DNA from: an uncultured bacterium
GTDB lineage: Bacteria > Patescibacteriota > Minisyncoccia > Phycocordibacterales > Phycocordibacteraceae
Length of the DNA: 64,000 bases
Direction: 5' to 3'
Assembly (NCBI GenBank): GCA_963759775.1
Contig: CAVXAH010000001.1
Location: 144,682 to 208,681 of the forward strand
The stretch's first letter is position 1, and the number at the start of each line of letters is the position of its first letter. The notes below the pieces were generated by a model. The model was not told the origin of the DNA. It made no database searches and saw only the letters and a program-made list of their open reading frames with translations. The translations under genes and the position numbers were made by a program. This document shows, piece after piece, positions 25,144 through 42,489 of this stretch.

Positions 25144-25992
25144 TCATTTAGACGTCTCCAGTAACTCCTCTCCGTCGCCCACGAGACTCATGCGGTAGAT
25201 ATCGAAGGAGTTTTGCCCCTCAAACATGTCAGATGGGTTTGGAAGATAAATGCGCCGCCTGGCGATTTCGTTCGTTGCGTCCGCAATAAGTCGGTGGAAT
25301 ACCGTGAACTCCTCGGCGCATTTACGGAAGTCTATGACGTAGCGGCGTAGTTGTGCCCTGCCGTCCTTGTTCTTTCGCTTTTTGCATTCATACACAATGA
25401 ACCGACAGACTGGTTTCCCAAATAGTTCTCGCACCGTGTAGTAATTGAAAATGGCTTGGATGATGAAAAGTGACTTCGTTGCACCCTCTTTGCTGAAGGA
25501 GTCCACAAACTTGTGGTCCACAATATCAACCGCGCCTCTTTCAAGCGGAGACTCAACCACGAGGTCGGAAATGGCTTTGAGTGGAAGCGGCAATCCATTA
25601 ACTTCCACCACGCCTCGCACCTCTACCCCAAGCACCTTGTGCCTGGGCGCTCGAGCGAGGTAAAAGCCGATAGCTTGCAGATATTCCCGCTCCATGGAGA
25701 GACGCTTTTCTTTTTTTGCCTTTCGAGTTTTCGCTCTTCCAAAGTCAATCTCAAAATCAGCGACCCCGCGCAAATATTCAAGCCCTCGCTCTGTCGCCGT
25801 ATTTTTGTCAACGCCCTTATAAAAGTGCTCAAGTGCCAGGTGCCCCGCGCGCCCGATGATTCCGGCAGGGGTTGAGGGTGTGTCATACACCTCTTCTACA
25901 TACCGCTTGTACCAGGCAAGGGGATTCCGCAGGAACGACATCAGTGACGAATGGCTCCAGTGTTTTATGGGGTATCGCCGCTTCGCCGTCAT
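25144..25992 (-). CDS. PD-(D/E)XK nuclease superfamily protein (RecB/Cas4-like fold)
   Basis: It has GRAGHLALEHF, ISDLVVE...VDIVDHKF (D...D-x-K) and a later Q..FNYY motif. The likely start is MTAKRRYPIKHWSHSS at 25992; the ORF-track extension reads through repeat copy 2. Confidence 0.6.
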   Translation of the reverse strand: MTAKRRYPIKHWSHSSLMSFLRNPLAWYKRYVEEVYDTPSTPAGIIGRAGHLALEHFYKGVDKNTATERGLEYLRGVADFEIDFGRAKTRKAKKEKRLSMEREYLQAIGFYLARAPRHKVLGVEVRGVVEVNGLPLPLKAISDLVVESPLERGAVDIVDHKFVDSFSKEGATKSLFIIQAIFNYYTVRELFGKPVCRFIVYECKKRKNKDGRAQLRRYVIDFRKCAEEFTVFHRLIADATNEIARRRIYLPNPSDMFEGQNSFDIYRMSLVGDGEELLETSK

Positions 25993-26058
25993 GGAGGAAG
26001 TATACGCAAAAATCTCATTCGGCACATTCCTGAAGCGAGCACGCGAGGGGAAGTGTAT

Positions 26059-26135
26059 CCGAGGGGGTCGTGAAGCGCGACGGCGCAAACGTTTCAGGTA
26101 TTTTTTCAGCAGAAAAAATACCGTACCCGAGGAGA
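26059..26135. repeat. 77 nt intergenic repeat, copy 2 (family A), hairpin at 26097-26122
   Basis: See copy 1 at 15322-15398. This copy lies between the rpoD stop and the nuclease promoter. Confidence 0.8.
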
Positions 26136-26165
26136 CACTTATCCGAGCGGGCTTTGCAATGAGCT

Positions 26166-27365
26166 TTAGTAGCTCTTTAGGTGCCGGGCTTTGCCGTGGG
26201 TGCGGATCTTTTCAAGCGCCTTGGCCTCAATTTGTCTGATGCGTTCGCGGGTGACACCGAACTCCTTCCCCACTTCTTCAAGTGTGTGGTAAATGCCGTC
26301 CAGAAGACCGTGGCGCATTTCAAGAATTTTGCGTTCTTTTGGCGAGAGGTCATCAAGGATAGTGCGGACTTGTTCGGTCAAAATGCGCTCGGATGACTCC
26401 TGCACGGGAGAAGGAATTTTGTCGTCGGCGATGAAGTCACCGAGCGTAGACTTCTCATCGTCGTCGGAACCGACTGGGTTCTCAAGTGAGAGGGTGTCTT
26501 GGTTGATTTTCTCAATTTGGTAAATCTTCTCTGGTTCAACACCCATTTCAACCGCAATCTCTTCCGGCTGTGGGTCGCGACCGAGGACCTGTGCAAGGCG
26601 GCGGGAGATCTGTTTGTATTTAGCAATGGTTTCCACCATGTGGACGGGGATGCGGATGGTGCGGGACTGGTCGGCAAGCGCGCGCGTAATAGCCTGGCGA
26701 ATCCACCACGTGGCGTACGTTGAGAATTTGTAGCCCTTCTTCCAGTCAAATTTGTCTACGGCACGGAAAAGGCCGAGGTTTCCTTCCTGGATGAGGTCAA
26801 GGAGCGTGAGGTCAGGTGAGCGACCAACGTACTTCTTTGCAATAGAAACCACGAGACGGAGGTTTGAGCGGGCAAGAATGTTGCGTGCCTCGCTGTCGCC
26901 CCTCTCAATACGCTGTGCAAGCGTGCGCTCTTCAAGAGCGGTGAGGAGCGGGTACTGACCGATTTCTCGAAGGTAAATCTGAATTGAGTCGTAGCTCGTA
27001 GACTCGCGGCCTTTGATGTTGCGGGTTGCGAGGTATTCGTCGGCATTGTCCTCAAGCATGCCTCCTTCCAAAATGTCGATACCAGCAATCGTAAAACGCT
27101 CGTAGAGGGCCTCAAGAAAATCCACGTCGTCTTCAACGTGCGGAAAAGCTTTGATGATTTCGTTGTAGGTAATATAGCCGCGCTCTTTGCCCTTCTTGAT
27201 GAGCTCCTCGGCGGACAGTGTCTTTGCGTGAGCGGCTTTCGCCTTCGCTCCTTTCACCGCGAGGCGTACCACACTCTTCCCGCGTGCTTTCACCGGGCGT
27301 GCAGAAATACGGCGCGCTTTTTGCGCAACCTTTTTAGACTTCTTCGTAGAAGTTTTCGCCGCCAT
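26166..27365 (-). CDS. rpoD: RNA polymerase sigma-70 factor RpoD
   Basis: It has region 2 ([31 protein letters not shown]), region 3, and region 4.2 ([24 protein letters not shown]). Confidence 0.9.
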   Translation of the reverse strand: MAAKTSTKKSKKVAQKARRISARPVKARGKSVVRLAVKGAKAKAAHAKTLSAEELIKKGKERGYITYNEIIKAFPHVEDDVDFLEALYERFTIAGIDILEGGMLEDNADEYLATRNIKGRESTSYDSIQIYLREIGQYPLLTALEERTLAQRIERGDSEARNILARSNLRLVVSIAKKYVGRSPDLTLLDLIQEGNLGLFRAVDKFDWKKGYKFSTYATWWIRQAITRALADQSRTIRIPVHMVETIAKYKQISRRLAQVLGRDPQPEEIAVEMGVEPEKIYQIEKINQDTLSLENPVGSDDDEKSTLGDFIADDKIPSPVQESSERILTEQVRTILDDLSPKERKILEMRHGLLDGIYHTLEEVGKEFGVTRERIRQIEAKALEKIRTHGKARHLKSY

Positions 27366-27388
27366 GGAATATAAAATGGATTAAGGGT

Positions 27389-29077
27389 TTATGAACGAAG
27401 GGAGGACAAACGCAAAGACAAACGCGCGCACTTTGCTTGGGCGCTTTCTACTGCTTTGCTGTCTTTACTCGCTTCTGCTCTTCGCAATTCTGCAACTCCC
27501 TCTTGATACGCCTCGCGGATAACCGCTTCTTCAAAGGCGTTCAGAAGCTCATCTGCTGCCTCTACGGAGGGGTCCTCGCCAAAGGCTTGTTCTGCTTCAA
27601 AAAGAGCAGATTCAGGAACCCCATCCTCCGGCAGCGGAGCTTCGGTAATACGAGAATACTCTGATTCAATACGCTTCGCAAGCGGGGTTTTGGGATAGGC
27701 GTGGATAGCGGCGAGAAGTGTCTGTGTACGAGTTTCCCTGTGGGTTTTCTTCGAGATAGCCTCCTTCTTCCCCACTACTGTTCACCTCTCCCGACTCCGC
27801 TTCTTTGGGAAGCCGTTTGAGAGCCTCTTTTATTGCTTCCGCTGAGAGTCCGAGGGCACGGCCGGTGACGGTACGCAAAATGCTCGCGCTCCATGGGGCT
27901 CTTAATAGCGGCAATAAGAGGTAACACAATTTTCTCGGCAGTGGTTACCATGCGATGTGCATTTCGCTCGCGCTCGGCAAGGACGGTGAGGAAAAATTCT
28001 ACAACCGGCACCGCTTCTTTCACGCGTTTCGTGAATTCTTTCGCATCTTCGGTGATTAAATCCGCCGGATCTTTCCCAGAAGGAAGCCGTACGGCTTTCA
28101 CTTTGAGTCCGGCGCGTAGCGCGGCGATCGCAGACTTTGCTGTTGCGGCGAGCCCTGCAGCATCAGCATCAAGACACAGCATTAGGTTTTCGCTGTAACG
28201 CTTCATAAGCGAAAGATGCTTGTCGGAAAGCGCGGTGCCCGAAAGCGCCACGGTGTTTTGAAAGCCTGCTTGGTGCGCGTGGAGCGTATCCATCTGCCCT
28301 TCCATGAGCAAGGTGAAGCCGCGGGTGCGAATAGCATCTTTCGCCTTATCCATCGCAAAAAGAATGTCGGATTTGTGAAAAAGCTCGGTTTCTGGGCTAT
28401 TTAAATACTTAGCCTGTTCTTCTGCTGAGAGGGTTCGACCGGTAAAGGCCACTACGCGGCCGGCGGAATCCCGTATCGGGAACATAAGGCGGTTCCTGAA
28501 GCGGTCGTACCACGTGCCAGGCTTTCCATCTGCTTCTTTAATGAGCCCTACGGCTGCAAGTTCTTCTTGTTTGAAACCTTCAAGCGTAAGAGTCTCAAGA
28601 AGCGCGCGCCAGCCATCTGGTGCATAGCCAATTCCCCAGCCTTCTATCGTTTCGTCGGTGAGCCCGCGCTTCTTTGCATACGTATAGCCGTCGCCTTCTT
28701 TCGTGAGTTGAGTTACATAAAAATTCGCTGCCTTCGACATCACCTCGCGCAAGCGCTCGGTGCGCGAACGGTTCTCCCTTGAAGAGCCGCTGTACTCAAT
28801 TTCCACCCCCGCTTTTTCGGCAAGGATTTTGAGTGCGCCTTTGAAATCTACTCCTTCTATCTTTCTCAATGAAAGAGAATGCGTCACCACCCACTCCACA
28901 TCCGAAGCAGTGGTACGTCCCGCGATCAGGCGATACATGGAACGACGGCGTCTTTTCTTTATGAAATGGGCACAGTCCCACGATGGACTTCCCCGCTCTT
29001 TTGAGCTTCACATATCCCCCGACCACGTCTTGGATCGAGAGTTTATCCTTTATCTGCTGTACCGTGTCCGTCGCCAT
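27389..29077 (-). pseudogene. dnaG: DNA primase DnaG, reading frame interrupted about 3 times
   Basis: The Zn-finger N-terminus (CPFHKEKTPSFHVSPDRGTYHCFGCG) is in ORF 28796-29077. The TOPRIM core (LLMEGQMDTL, LCLDADAAG) is in 27775-28938. The C-terminal parts are in 27666-27929 and 27389-27775. One disruption near 28862 looks like a single inserted base (aaa-g-ata) when read against the expected IEKIEGVDF. Confidence 0.8.
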
Positions 29078-29120
29078 TGATTCCTATAGTGTACGCGGGG
29101 AGAAACGTATTTCAAAATCA

Positions 29121-29155
29121 AAGAAAAACGCCCTCACGGGCGTTTTTCTTTTTAA
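29121..29155. terminator. bidirectional rho-independent terminator downstream of rpoC
   Basis: The sequence is aaaaacgccc-tcac-gggcgttttt with flanking A and T runs. Confidence 0.8.
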
Positions 29156-29169
29156 TAAATACTTGAGAT

Positions 29170-32934
<3,765 letters not shown>

Positions 32935-32950
32935 TTAGAAGTTTGTATTG

Positions 32951-36149
<3,199 letters not shown>

Positions 36150-36376
36150 GTGTTCTTCGTGAATAATAAATAAGCGTGCCCGAGCCCATTACTCACTTCC
36201 CGTATGTAACGTCGGAAAATATATAAACAAACGCACGACGGATAACGCTCCCGCGTTTTGCGTTACTTTGCTTTTTTCTAACTCTTGCCCCCAGAAGCCC
36301 CTCGTGACTCAATCTGCCTGGTTCCCTACAAAATACTCCTACCCTCCTCCCTCGTCAATGGGCTCTGTGGATACTC

Positions 36377-37033
36377 CTATCGACCCTTGCGCCAGGCGTC
36401 GATGTTTGCGTGATGTCCGGTTTGGAGGACTTTCGGAACGCGATATTTCTTTTTATTAAAGACGATGGTTTCGGGACGGGTGAAAACTTCACTTGAGGCG
36501 ACACGGCGCTCTTCCACGGACGCATCTTTGCCGAGCACGCCCGGGATGCGGCGCGAGACGGCGTCTACGATAGCGAGTGCTGGGACTTCCCCGCCGGTAT
36601 ACACCGCTTCACCAACCGCAAACTCTTTGATCGGCGCAATGGTTTTCAAAATCTTCTTCGCACGCTCATCAATACCCTCGTAGCGCCCGCAGACGAGCAC
36701 AACGTCCGAATACTTCGCGAGTGCGTCGGCGTCTTTGTTTGTGAATTGCTTGCCGCTTGGACTAAACCAAACCACAACAGTTTTGAGTTTTGAGTTTTTA
36801 GTTTTGAGTGCTTTCTGAACAGCTTTTACGACGGGGAGCGCTTGCATCACCATCCCGGGTCCACCGCCATACGGGCGCTCGTCTACCTTGCCCCACTTGT
36901 TGTCTACAAAATCACGAGGGTTTTGGTACGAAACTGCTATCTTCTTGTCTTTTCGTGCGCGGCCGAGGATGGACACCGAAAGATACGCTTCACAAGCGTC
37001 TTCAAATAAAGTAACGAGATGGAATTTCAACAT
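36377..37033 (-). CDS. trmD: tRNA (guanine37-N1)-methyltransferase
   Basis: It has MLKFHLVTLFEDA...RPYGGGPGMVM...CGRYEGIDER. Confidence 0.9.
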   Translation of the reverse strand: MLKFHLVTLFEDACEAYLSVSILGRARKDKKIAVSYQNPRDFVDNKWGKVDERPYGGGPGMVMQALPVVKAVQKALKTKNSKLKTVVVWFSPSGKQFTNKDADALAKYSDVVLVCGRYEGIDERAKKILKTIAPIKEFAVGEAVYTGGEVPALAIVDAVSRRIPGVLGKDASVEERRVASSEVFTRPETIVFNKKKYRVPKVLQTGHHANIDAWRKGR

Positions 37034-37166
37034 TGTATTTTAAAGTGGTGTCAGAATTTATCAAATGCGAGGCGTGGGAAGCTGATTTTTGGAGACCTAC
37101 TCTGTGGTACGGCGGAGAAAATCAGCGGGACCCGCAACAAAGCAGATGAGGATTCTGACCCACTTT

Positions 37167-37475
37167 CTACGGCTGAATCTCACCGATCACCTGATCGACG
37201 GTCTTCATTTCCTGCTCGCGCTTGCCGCCAGCAGGCTCGTTGATTTTCAAATTCACGCGCGCGTTGTGCTTCATACCAACCGCATGGAGAAGCGGGCGGA
37301 GCGCGAGCTGTGCCATCTTCCCTTCTTTACCAATGACGCGACCCATATCTTCTGGGTGAACGGTAAGGGTGAGGAGTACTCCCATGTTGTCTACGGTGCG
37401 GACAATCACTACATCCTCCGGATGATCAACGATTGCTTTAACGATGTATTCAAGAAATTGCTGTTCTGGTTCCAT
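37167..37475 (-). CDS. KH-domain RNA-binding protein (UPF0109/YlqC-like)
   Basis: It has the GxxG-type KH motif VIGKEGKMAQ, and it sits between rpsP and trmD as in many bacteria. Confidence 0.75.
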   Translation of the reverse strand: MEPEQQFLEYIVKAIVDHPEDVVIVRTVDNMGVLLTLTVHPEDMGRVIGKEGKMAQLALRPLLHAVGMKHNARVNLKINEPAGGKREQEMKTVDQVIGEIQP

Positions 37476-37516
37476 CGGGAAGAGTTTACGGCTGGCAGTT
37501 TACAGTGGACAGTATA

Positions 37517-37951
37517 TCAAAGACACCGCCCTAACTGTTTCGTGTTAGGCGGCGGGGTTTCTGCAACTGGGGCTTCTTCTTTCGCAGGAGCTTCCGCGGC
37601 TGGTGCCTCAGGAGCAGCTTCTGCCTTTGCGGGTGCGGCCGCCTTTGGCTCAGCTCCTGCCTCAACTTCTTTTACCTGCACGCGGCGGCTTGGGAGCGCG
37701 TTTACTTTCTTTCCCCCGATGATTCCTTGAGAGATAAGGAGATTGCGGACCGTATCGGTTGGCTGTGCGCCCTTCCGAATCCACTCTTTAATACGATCTG
37801 CTTCAAGCGAAATAGCTTTTGAGTGCGGGTTATAGCTTCCCACGCGATCGGTAATGCGGCTTGATTTTGCGGCGCGTTCTTTTTCAAGAACGACCATGCG
37901 AAAAGCTGCGTCATTTACGCGGCCGATGCGCTGAAGTCGGATCATCAACAT
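37517..37951 (-). CDS. rpsP: 30S ribosomal protein S16 with Ala/Pro/Glu-rich C-terminal extension
   Basis: MIRLQRIGRVNDAAFRMVV...GSYNP...WIRKGAQPTDTV is the S16 core. About 55 extra residues follow (AEPKAAAPAKAEAAPEAPAAEAPAKEEAP). Confidence 0.85.
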   Translation of the reverse strand: MLMIRLQRIGRVNDAAFRMVVLEKERAAKSSRITDRVGSYNPHSKAISLEADRIKEWIRKGAQPTDTVRNLLISQGIIGGKKVNALPSRRVQVKEVEAGAEPKAAAPAKAEAAPEAPAAEAPAKEEAPVAETPPPNTKQLGRCL

Positions 37952-38168
37952 GTTGGGGCACGATACCAGAGGGACTGTGTCTGGTCAACGCTACGCAATA
38001 TAAATAAAAACGGCGGCGGGTCCTGTGAAGGATACCGCCGCAAGGATTCCGACTTGGGGAAAGCCGGCCCGCTCAGGGAGTGAGAACGGGAGCCACGGGA
38101 GTCAGGCCAATGGCTACCTATCACTATACCAAAGACCCCAGAAATTTGTTACTGTGTCAAAGTAACCA

Positions 38169-40152
38169 ATGAATTCGCCCTCTCCTACCGTATACGAAGG
38201 CCGTATCACGATGACCCGCAAGGGCATCGGGTTTTTCAACTAAGTGAAAAATCCTCCTCCGCTAAAGCGCCGAAAGACAAGGAGGATGATCTGCTCATTC
38301 CCGCCGATGCGACGCTCCATGCTTTCCACGGCGACACCGTAAAAGTAGTACCGACTGGAATGTATTCTGACCCCGGCAAGCCGCCCCGCAAATCCGGAAA
38401 GGTCGTAGAGGTGGTCTCACGCGCTCGCGAAACGTTTGTCGGAAAACTTGTTGAGGAGCAAGGTAAACCCTATATCCTTCCAGACTACAAGAAGATGCAT
38501 GTTCCGGTTGAAGTGCGCGAAACCATGAGTGCACCACTCGGACACAAGGTCGTCGTGCGTTTTAAGGAATGGGAGGAAGGAGCGATGTACCCGTGGGGCG
38601 TCGTTGAGGAGGTAATAGGTCCCGCAGGACTCCACGAGACAGAGATGCGTGCACTCGCGCTTGGGCAAGGTTTCTCGCCCACCTTCCCTCCAGGAGTTGA
38701 GAAAGATGCAGAGCACCTTGAAGAACATGGTCGCCAAATGATTGCCGACGAGGTCGCACTCGGGAAGCGTAAGGACTTCCGCATGGTGCCCACGTGTACC
38801 ATTGACCCCTTTGATGCAAAAGACTTTGACGACGCTCTTTCGGTACGCACACTTCCGGACGGAACCACGGAAGTCGGTGTGCACATTGCTGATGTCTCCT
38901 TTTTCGTTAAACCCGGAACAAATGTGGACACTGAGGGTCGTGAGCGCGCAACTTCTGTGTACCTCGTAGACCGTACTATTCCGATGCTTCCAGAAATTCT
39001 CTCAAACGACCTTTGCTCGCTCCGCCCAAACGAAGACCGCCTCACCGTTTCTGCCGTTTTCACGCTTGATAAAGATGCAAATATAAAAAGCCGATGGTTT
39101 GGCGAGACAGTCATCCACTCTGCGAAACGCTTTACGTATGAAGAGGCACAAGGTGTCCTTGACGCGGGCAAAGGCACCATGTACGAAGAGCTCGCCACGA
39201 TGAAGGACCTGGCACGAAAGATTCGCGCACGCCGCAAAGCGAAAGGTGCTGTTGATTTTGATACTGCTGAAGTAAAAGTGGAGCTTGATGCGTCCGGAAA
39301 ACCTATCGCTATCCGTCTCAAGGAGCGCAAGGAAACGAATCTCCTCATTGAAGACTTCATGCTTTCTGCGAATGAAGCGGTCGCTGAGCATCTCTCAAAG
39401 CTTGGGGAAAAAAGTGGTCCACACTTCGCTTCCCTCTACCGCGTCCACGACACGCCAGACGCCGACCGCATTGAAAACCTTGCGCTCTTTCTCCGTATAC
39501 TTGGCCACGACCTCAAAACCAAGGCTGGGCGGGTGTCGGGTGCGGAGTTGAACCGCCTCATGGCGAGCGTGAAAGGCACGCCGGAAGAGTACCTGATTAA
39601 GACGGCGACACTTCGCTCAATGGCAAAGGCCATCTACACCACCAAAAACATCGGCCACTTCGGACTCGCTTTTGATTTTTATACGCATTTCACGTCCCCC
39701 ATTCGACGCTACCCTGACCTCGTCATCCACCGCCTCATCAAAGGCGCATACGGGAGGTACGCCAATAACTGCGAAGGAAATGCAGGAGTTTGACGAGCTC
39801 GCGCTCCACGCCTCCGAGCGCGAGGTGGGCGCCGCAGAAGCGGAACGCGACAGTGTGAAGATGAAGCAGGTAGAGTTCCTCGCTGGCCGTGTCGGCGAAG
39901 AATTTGACGCGGTCATCTCCGGCGTCACCGACCGCGGCTTGTATGTTACGGAAAAGACCACGAATGCGGATGGCATGATCCGCATGCGGGATGTTGGCGA
40001 TGACTACTTTGAATACGACGAAAAGCACTATCGGCTTATCGGCCGTCGTACCAAAGAAAGCGTTTCAGCTTGGTAACCCTATCCGCGTGAAGCTCGCTGC
40101 CGCTCGCATCCCCGAGAAAGAATTGGATTTTGTGCCCGTTACAGCTATTTAG
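38169..40152 (+). pseudogene. rnr: ribonuclease R (RNB family 3'-5' exoribonuclease), reading frame interrupted about 3 times
   Basis: The ATG at 38169 (MNSPSPTVYEGRITMTRKGIGFF) shifts frame in a T-run near 38235. The RNB core (TIDPFDAKDFDDALS, YLVDRTIPMLP, FTSPIRRYPDL) is in 38360-39793. The S1-like C-terminus is in 39672-40076, with a last shift near 40055. Confidence 0.85.
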
Positions 40153-40179
40153 CGACAGCAACGGCCACTTCAAACTTCA

Positions 40180-40221
40180 CCCCAGTACCTACAAACTCGC
40201 TCCGCTCATTTAGCTACGGGG
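40180..40221. repeat. small palindromic repeat, family B, diverged member
   Basis: ccccagtac...tttagctacgggg read on the reverse strand gives ccccgtagctaaatg..., similar to 44802-44838 and 48714-48753. It lies between the convergent rnr and smc genes. Confidence 0.4.
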
Positions 40222-40230
40222 CAGGCCTCT

Positions 40231-42438
40231 TTATTTGGCAACGGCAACCGCTTCCTCGAATTTGACCGATAGTAACTTTGAAACACCGTCGCCGCCCATG
40301 GTGACGCCGTAGAGGATGCCTGCGCGGCTCATGGTTTCGCGGTTGTGCGTGATGACGATGAGTTGTGAGTGCTTCGCGAGGTTCTCCATCATGTCGCCGT
40401 AGCGGCGGGAATTGGCTTCGTCCAAGGCCGCGTCTGTTTCATCAAGTATCAAAAATGGTGGTGGGTTCACCTGGCTCATGGCAAAAATAAGCGCGATAGA
40501 GGTGAGCGCGCGCTCGCCTCCTGAAAGCTGGACCAAAGACTGCACTTTCTTCTTCGGCAGATGCACGGAAACTTCAATGCCCGGCCGTTTCGGCTCGTCC
40601 GGCAAATCTTCTTTTTCTTCGCCCTCCTCAAGCTCATCTTCGTCATCATCCTCTGGCTCCTCAAGCGTGAGGCGCGCGCCGCCGCCGCCAAACATCACTG
40701 CAAAATATTCGCCAAACGACGCATTCACTTTCGCCAAACCTTCGGCGAAATGCTTCGCGAGTTCGGTATCAAGGTCTCCAATGAGCGACCGGAGTCCTGC
40801 TGCGGACTTCGCGAGATCATCAAGCTCTTTTCCGAGGAATGCTTCGCGTTCGGACACTTCTTTATGCTCCGCACGAATGTCCTCACTGGTACCTCCCGCT
40901 TCCTCAAGACGAATGATGAGGCGTTCCATAGTGCGCTTTCGGTCTTCCTGCACTTTGCGCTCTTCTTTGGGAAGTGCGGAAAGCGGCGTGTAGGAAACGG
41001 CCGCGCTACCGACAACCGCAAGTACTTCACCTTTCAAGTGTTCAAGCTCATCTGAGAGGAGAGAAAGTTCTCTTTCGCGCGCATCAGCGCGTACCACCTC
41101 CCCTTCCTCATGTGCTTTTGTCTGCGCGAGGTCTAGGATGCGACGTTTGAGTTCCCTGCCCGTCTCGTCGTGGGCAGTCATAGTCTCGCGCGCACGAAGG
41201 AGTGCGGAGCGTGCGCGCTCATGCGCTTCGGCGAGCTTCGCGTCTTTCGCAAGGAGTGTGGTGCGCTCCTCTTCAAGCGTGTACACCGCGCGCTCTTCGT
41301 CTTTGAGCAAATCGCCGTCGGCCGAAACGAATCGTTCAACAAATATCTTGATAGCGTGACGTATAGACTGCACCACGGCTTCAAACGCCTGCGGGGTCTT
41401 TGCGGAGACGACCTGTTTCTCTATCTCCTCCCGAAGCGCGACGAGGTCTTCGCGCGGCACCTTCGCGTACGGCTCGCGCGCCACTTCCGCGCTCCGACGC
41501 TTCGCCGCCCCGAGCGCACCTTCCACACGGCCTATGTCACGCGAAAGTGCCGCGCGCTCGGTCCCGACGCGTTCTGCTTCCTGCTCATACGCGCGCACGC
41601 TTTGGAGACGCTTTGCTCCCTCCGCATCGGTTGTCGCACGCTCCTCAATCTTCGCAAGCTCGAGGGATGCGACTGCGAGCCGCTCTGCCGAACCGCTTTT
41701 TGCGGTGGCATTCTTCTTCTTTTCCTCCGCAAGAAAGGAGTCCTCAATCGCAAAATACGTTTGACCTGCGTGGGTAAGCTCAGCGCGCAGGCTATCTGCC
41801 CTTGCCAGCTTCTCTACCTGCTTCTCAAGGAAACGCAGATGCGGCGTGAGCTCTCGACGAAGCGCGTTCACCTGCTGAATGTTGTCTTCGGTTTTTATGA
41901 GCTTACGCTCCGCTTCCTGTTTTTTAAATTCGTACACCTTGAGCCCAAGTGCGTCTTCAAGCATTTCGCGGCGCTCACGAGGGTTTGCAAGCAATATCCG
42001 GTCCGCTTCTCCTTGCGAAATAATGTGGTGACTGGATTCTCCAATATTTGCACCCGCGAGAAGCTCTTCTATGTCGCGGAGTCGCACCTTAGAGCCGTTT
42101 ATGGAGTATTCGCTTGCGCCGTCGCGAAACACCGCGCGCTCAATTGATACCTCATCAAAATCAATCTTGAAATTCCTGCGAGAGTTATCAAACACGATAG
42201 CGACCGCTGCGCGGTTTGCGCGTGGCGAGGAATGCGAACCATTGAAAATGAGATCCTCTGCTCTCTTGCCACGCATGCTCTTCATAGACTGTTCGCCAAG
42301 TGCAAACCGAAACGCTTCAGCAACGTTGGATTTTCCTGAACCATTCGGTCCCACGATGGCGGTCGCACGCGAAGAGAAATCAAGCACGGTTTTCCGCGCA
42401 AAAGACTTAAATCCAGCTATTTCAAGCCGCTTCAACAT
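40231..42438 (-). CDS. smc: SMC-like ABC ATPase, short form without recognisable hinge (736 aa)
   Basis: The N-terminal head has MLKRLEIAGFKSF...GPNGSGKSN. About 400 aa of heptad-rich coiled coil follow. The C-terminal head has LSGGERALTSIAL and FLILDETDAALD. The start is chosen at Met 42438; the ORF-track extension to 42645 is hydrophilic and not SMC-like. Confidence 0.75.
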   Translation of the reverse strand: MLKRLEIAGFKSFARKTVLDFSSRATAIVGPNGSGKSNVAEAFRFALGEQSMKSMRGKRAEDLIFNGSHSSPRANRAAVAIVFDNSRRNFKIDFDEVSIERAVFRDGASEYSINGSKVRLRDIEELLAGANIGESSHHIISQGEADRILLANPRERREMLEDALGLKVYEFKKQEAERKLIKTEDNIQQVNALRRELTPHLRFLEKQVEKLARADSLRAELTHAGQTYFAIEDSFLAEEKKKNATAKSGSAERLAVASLELAKIEERATTDAEGAKRLQSVRAYEQEAERVGTERAALSRDIGRVEGALGAAKRRSAEVAREPYAKVPREDLVALREEIEKQVVSAKTPQAFEAVVQSIRHAIKIFVERFVSADGDLLKDEERAVYTLEEERTTLLAKDAKLAEAHERARSALLRARETMTAHDETGRELKRRILDLAQTKAHEEGEVVRADARERELSLLSDELEHLKGEVLAVVGSAAVSYTPLSALPKEERKVQEDRKRTMERLIIRLEEAGGTSEDIRAEHKEVSEREAFLGKELDDLAKSAAGLRSLIGDLDTELAKHFAEGLAKVNASFGEYFAVMFGGGGARLTLEEPEDDDEDELEEGEEKEDLPDEPKRPGIEVSVHLPKKKVQSLVQLSGGERALTSIALIFAMSQVNPPPFLILDETDAALDEANSRRYGDMMENLAKHSQLIVITHNRETMSRAGILYGVTMGGDGVSKLLSVKFEEAVAVAK

Positions 42439-42489
42439 TGACCTTTCTATTGTACCAAAAGAAAAGGTGTGATGCGGTACAATAACCCT

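Noticed and set aside
27389-27775. The 128 aa ORF between rpoD and dnaG read as an independent gene.
   Set aside because: Its sequence continues the DnaG C-terminal region across two frame breaks, and the combined length (about 563 aa) fits a normal primase. It is treated as part of the interrupted dnaG.
37985-38150. An SRP (4.5S) RNA hypothesis for the GC-rich spacer next to rpsP.
   Set aside because: Neither strand contains the helix 8 signature (AGG-stem-GNRA-stem-AGCA).
38485-39360. Long antisense ORFs inside well-supported genes: 291 aa opposite rnr, 41170-42147 opposite smc, 2398-3243 opposite pilB, 55625-56395 opposite the lipoprotein gene, 35488-36114 opposite rpoB, and 49788-50339 opposite dnaE.
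   Set aside because: These are shadow ORFs typical of moderately GC-rich coding DNA. They have skewed Arg/Ser/Ala-rich composition, no recognisable motifs, and the opposite strand carries unambiguous conserved proteins.
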